From Octopus vulgaris (taxonomy: Eukaryota): a stretch of 64,000 nt of DNA. The notes under the pieces were generated by a model. The model was not told where the DNA came from. It made no database searches and was given only the letters and a program-made list of their open reading frames with translations. The stretch lies in the NCBI GenBank assembly GCA_951406725.2, contig OX597830.1, forward strand, positions 67,642,001-67,706,000. The letters are read 5' to 3'. The translations under genes and the position numbers were made by a program. Below, piece after piece: positions 60,144-64,000 of this stretch. How positions within the stretch are numbered: position 1 is the first letter of the stretch; every line of letters begins with the position of its first letter.

Positions 60144-61690
60144 GAAGGAGCTTCTACAGGACTAGAACTGTTTCATTCAAAAGAAATCATCAGGAAGCTA
60201 GTAGACAAGAGTTGTTTTGGCATTTATACATTTAGGCAGGTATAAATGGGTTCCTACAATTAGATATCGAAGACTACTACGCCTCCATATCGGAGAGCTT
60301 GCTGATCGACGCGATTAACTTCGCTAGGAAGTCCTCCACCATCACCGAGGCCGAGCAAGATGTGATCCTCCACGCACTTAAGACTTTTCTTTTCCACGAC
60401 GGATCTGTGACCCCCTTCGACGTCAGCATGGGTGCTAGCAACTCGGCTGAAATAAGTGACCTTGTGGGCCTTTTCATCCTCCATAGGCTGAAGACCCTAT
60501 TCACAGGCCTCTCCGGTGGTCTTTACCGCGATGATTGCCTTTTTGCCCTCTGCAAAATAAACCCCAGGACCACGGATGGGTTCCGGAAAAATCTTTACAC
60601 TTTTTTTAAAAACTTAGGCCTTAGGATTACCTTAGAATCCAACTTAACCAAAGACGTTACCCTCGACTTAAAAACCTCACTTTATTACCCGTACCACAAA
60701 CCAAATGAATCCCTTAGATATATAGACATTAATTCCAACCACCCCAAAAATATATTAGACAACCTAGTAAAAAGTGTCTCAATTAGAATATCTAGCCTGT
60801 CCGCTACTGAAGATATCTTTAATGCCGCAGCCCTTTATTACAACGAGGCCCTGGCCCGCAGTGGCTTTAAAGATAAGATCACCTATACTAGTATAGCCCC
60901 ACGCCAACCCAGGAAAAATAGGCGAAGACACATTAGCTGGTACAACCCCCCTTCAACCGTGAGGTCGCTACACCTGTAGCTAAAATCTTCTTCACTCTCC
61001 TACAGAAACACTTCCCCACCCAACATAAGTACTATACTATCCTAAATAAGAACACCATTAGACTCTCCTACTCTACCACGCTCAATCTAGCCAGGAACCT
61101 AGCCAACAACAACGTGAAAAAACTTAATATATCTACTTTTTCCGAGGCCCATCCAACATCCGATAGCAATTGCAACTGCCCTGATAAAACCACTTGCCCC
61201 CTCAACAACAACTGCCTACAGAGGGACCTCGTCTACATGCGAGGTACGATCAGGCCCCGATGATAAAAGAAAATCGTACATCGGAATGACGTCAAACAGC
61301 TTTAAGACCCGCTGGTACGCCCACACACACTCGTTCCGGCGACCTGATAAATCCAACCAAACTACCCTCGCCGCCCACATCTGGTACCTTAAAAGGAACT
61401 CCATCCCCTTTAAGATCAAGTGGAGACTACTACAGAAGGCGCGTTCGTACACAGGAGTCCAAACCTGCTGTGACCTTTGCATTTCCGAGAGCCTAGAGAT
61501 CTTGTTCGCCAAAGGCCATCTCCTCAACAAGATCTCAGAACACTCCCCAAATTGCATGCATAAAATTTATGCAAACTACAAGAACTATAGACCCACCCGG
61601 CAAACCGATTGACGACACCCCACCCACAAAAACCCCCCAACACCACCGTTCCCCCAGCACCCCCGATTAACATTCCTCCTAAGACTATTC
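60140..61690 (+). mobile_element. Penelope-like element of a second family, with deletions
   Basis: FDVSMGA..AEISDLVG, GLYRDD, YIDINSNHP, WYNPP, CNC..CPL...CL, YIGMT..FKTRW. Confidence 0.9.
60161..60202 (-). ncRNA. Candidate minimal hammerhead ribozyme
   Basis: ACTAG-cttc-CTGATGA-tttcttttgaat-GAAA-cagt-TC-TAGT; intact core at the end of a Penelope element. Confidence 0.55.
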
Positions 61691-61844
61691 ACATATTGTA
61701 TATGCACACTTGTATATATGTATTGTATATATGTATAGAAATGAATGGGTGTTAGCAGGAATATACGCATGTATGTGAGGGCGTGTATATGTATGTGTAT
61801 ATGTGTATGTACATGTGTATGTGTATGTGTGGGTTTTATTAATA

Positions 61845-61905
<61 letters not shown>

Positions 61906-62343
61906 GTATGTGTATGTATGTGTATGTATGTATATGTATATATATATGTGTATATATGCGTGTATGTATGTGTATGTATGTATATATATGTGTATATATA
62001 TACATATGTATATATATATATATATGTGTGTACGCTCGTGTGTTTATGTATATGTAAGTATGTAGAGTTATGTGTATGTGCATGTATGTATGTATATATA
62101 CATATGTGTAAATAGGTATATACGTGTATGTTTATATGTATGTTTCCGTCTGTATAAAGGGTAACTGCATGTGTATATATATCTATTATTTATTATTCAT
62201 TATTTATTACTTGAGTATGCGTTTGTATGCATGTATGTATTTATGTATATAAGGAGGCGCGTGAGTGTGCGTATGTGTATGCATTCGTATAGACATATGT
62301 ATACATTTATGCATGTATGTGCTTGTGTGTATATATATATGTA

Positions 62344-62386
<43 letters not shown>

Positions 62387-62481
62387 GTATATGTAGATGT
62401 ATGTGTATATATATGTGTAAAAATGTGCGTGTAAATGTATATATGTGTGTGTATGTGTGTGTATATATGTATGTATGTGTA

Positions 62482-62544
<63 letters not shown>

Positions 62545-62890
62545 ACGCTTGTGTGTTTATGTATATGTAGGTATGTAGAGTTATGTGTGTATGTATGTAT
62601 GTATGTATGTATATATATACATATGTGTAAATAGGTATATATGGGTATGTTTATATGTATGTATCCGTCTGTATAATGGGTAACTGCACGTATATATATT
62701 TATTATTATTACTTGAGTATGCATGTATGTATGTATGTATACGCCTGTATGCATGTATGTATTTATGAACATAAGGAGGCGCGTGTGTGTGTGGATGTGT
62801 ATGCATATGTATAGACATATGTATACATTTATGCATGTATGTACTTACGTGTATATATAGATGCGCGTGTGTGTGTGTGTATGTGTACGA

Positions 62891-62928
<38 letters not shown>

Positions 62929-63025
62929 ATGTGTATATATGTATGAAAGTATATGTGTATGTATATGTATATGTATATGTATATATATGTATATATATAT
63001 GTATATATATACATGTATATATATA
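61690..63025. repeat. Compound TA/TG microsatellite region with an internal duplication (about 62020-62340 vs 62540-62870)
   Basis: gtacgct.gtgtgtttatg...gggtaactgca...aaggaggcgcgtg occurs twice. Confidence 0.85.
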
Positions 63026-64000
63026 CCAGGAAGAAGCTGCTTAACTCAGCTCCTGCAGCACTATGACTGGGTGCTGAAACAACTGCTCAACCACTCAAAT
63101 GTGGAAGTCATATATCTCGACTTCGCAAAGGCCTTCGATAAAGTCGATCATGGAATGATATGTCACAAACTGCGTGATCTTGGCATAGTTGGAAAACTAG
63201 GAGAATGGCTTCACGACTTTCTGAAGAATAGAAGTCAGGTGGTAGTAGCCAATGGGACCACTTCCATTAGCACGCAAATAGTGAGCGGTGTTCCACAGGG
63301 CACTGTTTTGGGACCACTACTGTTCATAATGGCCCTCTCAGACATGCCCTCAGCCACGCGGAGAGCCACGATCACAAGTTATGCAGATGATACAAAAGTT
63401 TCACAGGCAATACAGAACCCTGAAGACACTAGGCACCTGCAATATGAGCTGGACGAAATATACAAGTGGGCTGAAAAGAATAGCATGCAGTTCAATGCTG
63501 AAAAGTTTCAAGCTTTATACTATCAGCATGCAAAACTGAATGCAATACCCAAGGAATACACTGGACCCGGAGGGATTGCAATCCCAGAGGCACAATCAGT
63601 GCGTGACCTGGGTATTCACATGAGTGATGACGCGACCTTTCATGTACATGTTGCTAAACTGACAGTGAAATGCAGACGGCTGGCTGGATGGATTCTTAGA
63701 ACCTTTAGAACAAGAGAACAAGAAACCATGATGGTCCTCTGGAAGACACTTGTCCTAAGTCACTTTGACTATTGCTCTCAGCTATGGTCACCATCCAGTG
63801 TCAAGTTGATCACAGAACTTGAGGCGATCCAACGAAGCTACACGAAGAAGATAGCCTCTATGCAGAATGTAAGCTACTGGGAAAGACTCAAGAGATTAAA
63901 ATTATATTCCCTGGAGCGTAGGCGGGAAAGATATGCCATAATATACATCTGGAAGATCCTGGAGGGAAGTGTCCTGAACTTTGGCATCGAGAGTTACGCA
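63026..64000 (+). mobile_element. CR1-group LINE, 5'-truncated, close relative of the 58 kb copy
   Basis: Aligns by eye to 58663-59640 with few differences; keeps YADD. Confidence 0.93.

Noticed and set aside
61685-63044. Overlapping low-complexity ORFs
   Set aside because: Microsatellite translations

Overview
AT-rich, repeat-dense eukaryotic (animal) DNA. The SINE/LINE repertoire and microsatellite load resemble a cephalopod (Octopus-like) genome; this is inference, not checked. One host gene runs on the minus strand: a TRPM-family cation channel whose MHR1/2 (SLOG) domain exons I could splice in frame by hand (20642-20723, 13643-13820, 7891-8036, 6559-6730, 2241-2350, 314-393; the gene continues beyond the left edge). 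The most notable structure lies upstream of them (26.4-53.4 kb). About five tandem copies of an intron-scale unit each carry one 'A' microexon (32 or 41 nt, phase 0->2), and the four copies complete before the gap also carry a 'B' microexon (28-76 nt, phase 2->0). All nine have canonical AG/GT sites. They alternate strictly and chain in frame into the TRPM core, except one 53-nt B exon that is 1 nt off. They encode an acidic, rapidly diverging, potentially length-variable N-terminus that the ORF track misses. The array runs into a 100-N gap at 53403. Introns hold RTE, CR1-group, Dong/R4 and Tx1/L1 LINEs, Penelope-like elements (several inverted repeats with minimal hammerhead-like motifs), Gypsy remnants, mariners, a piggyBac derivative, a Helitron-like element and three SINE families. 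Right of the gap there are only transposable elements and microsatellites. Exon and TIR coordinates were read to the base; other TE boundaries are approximate.
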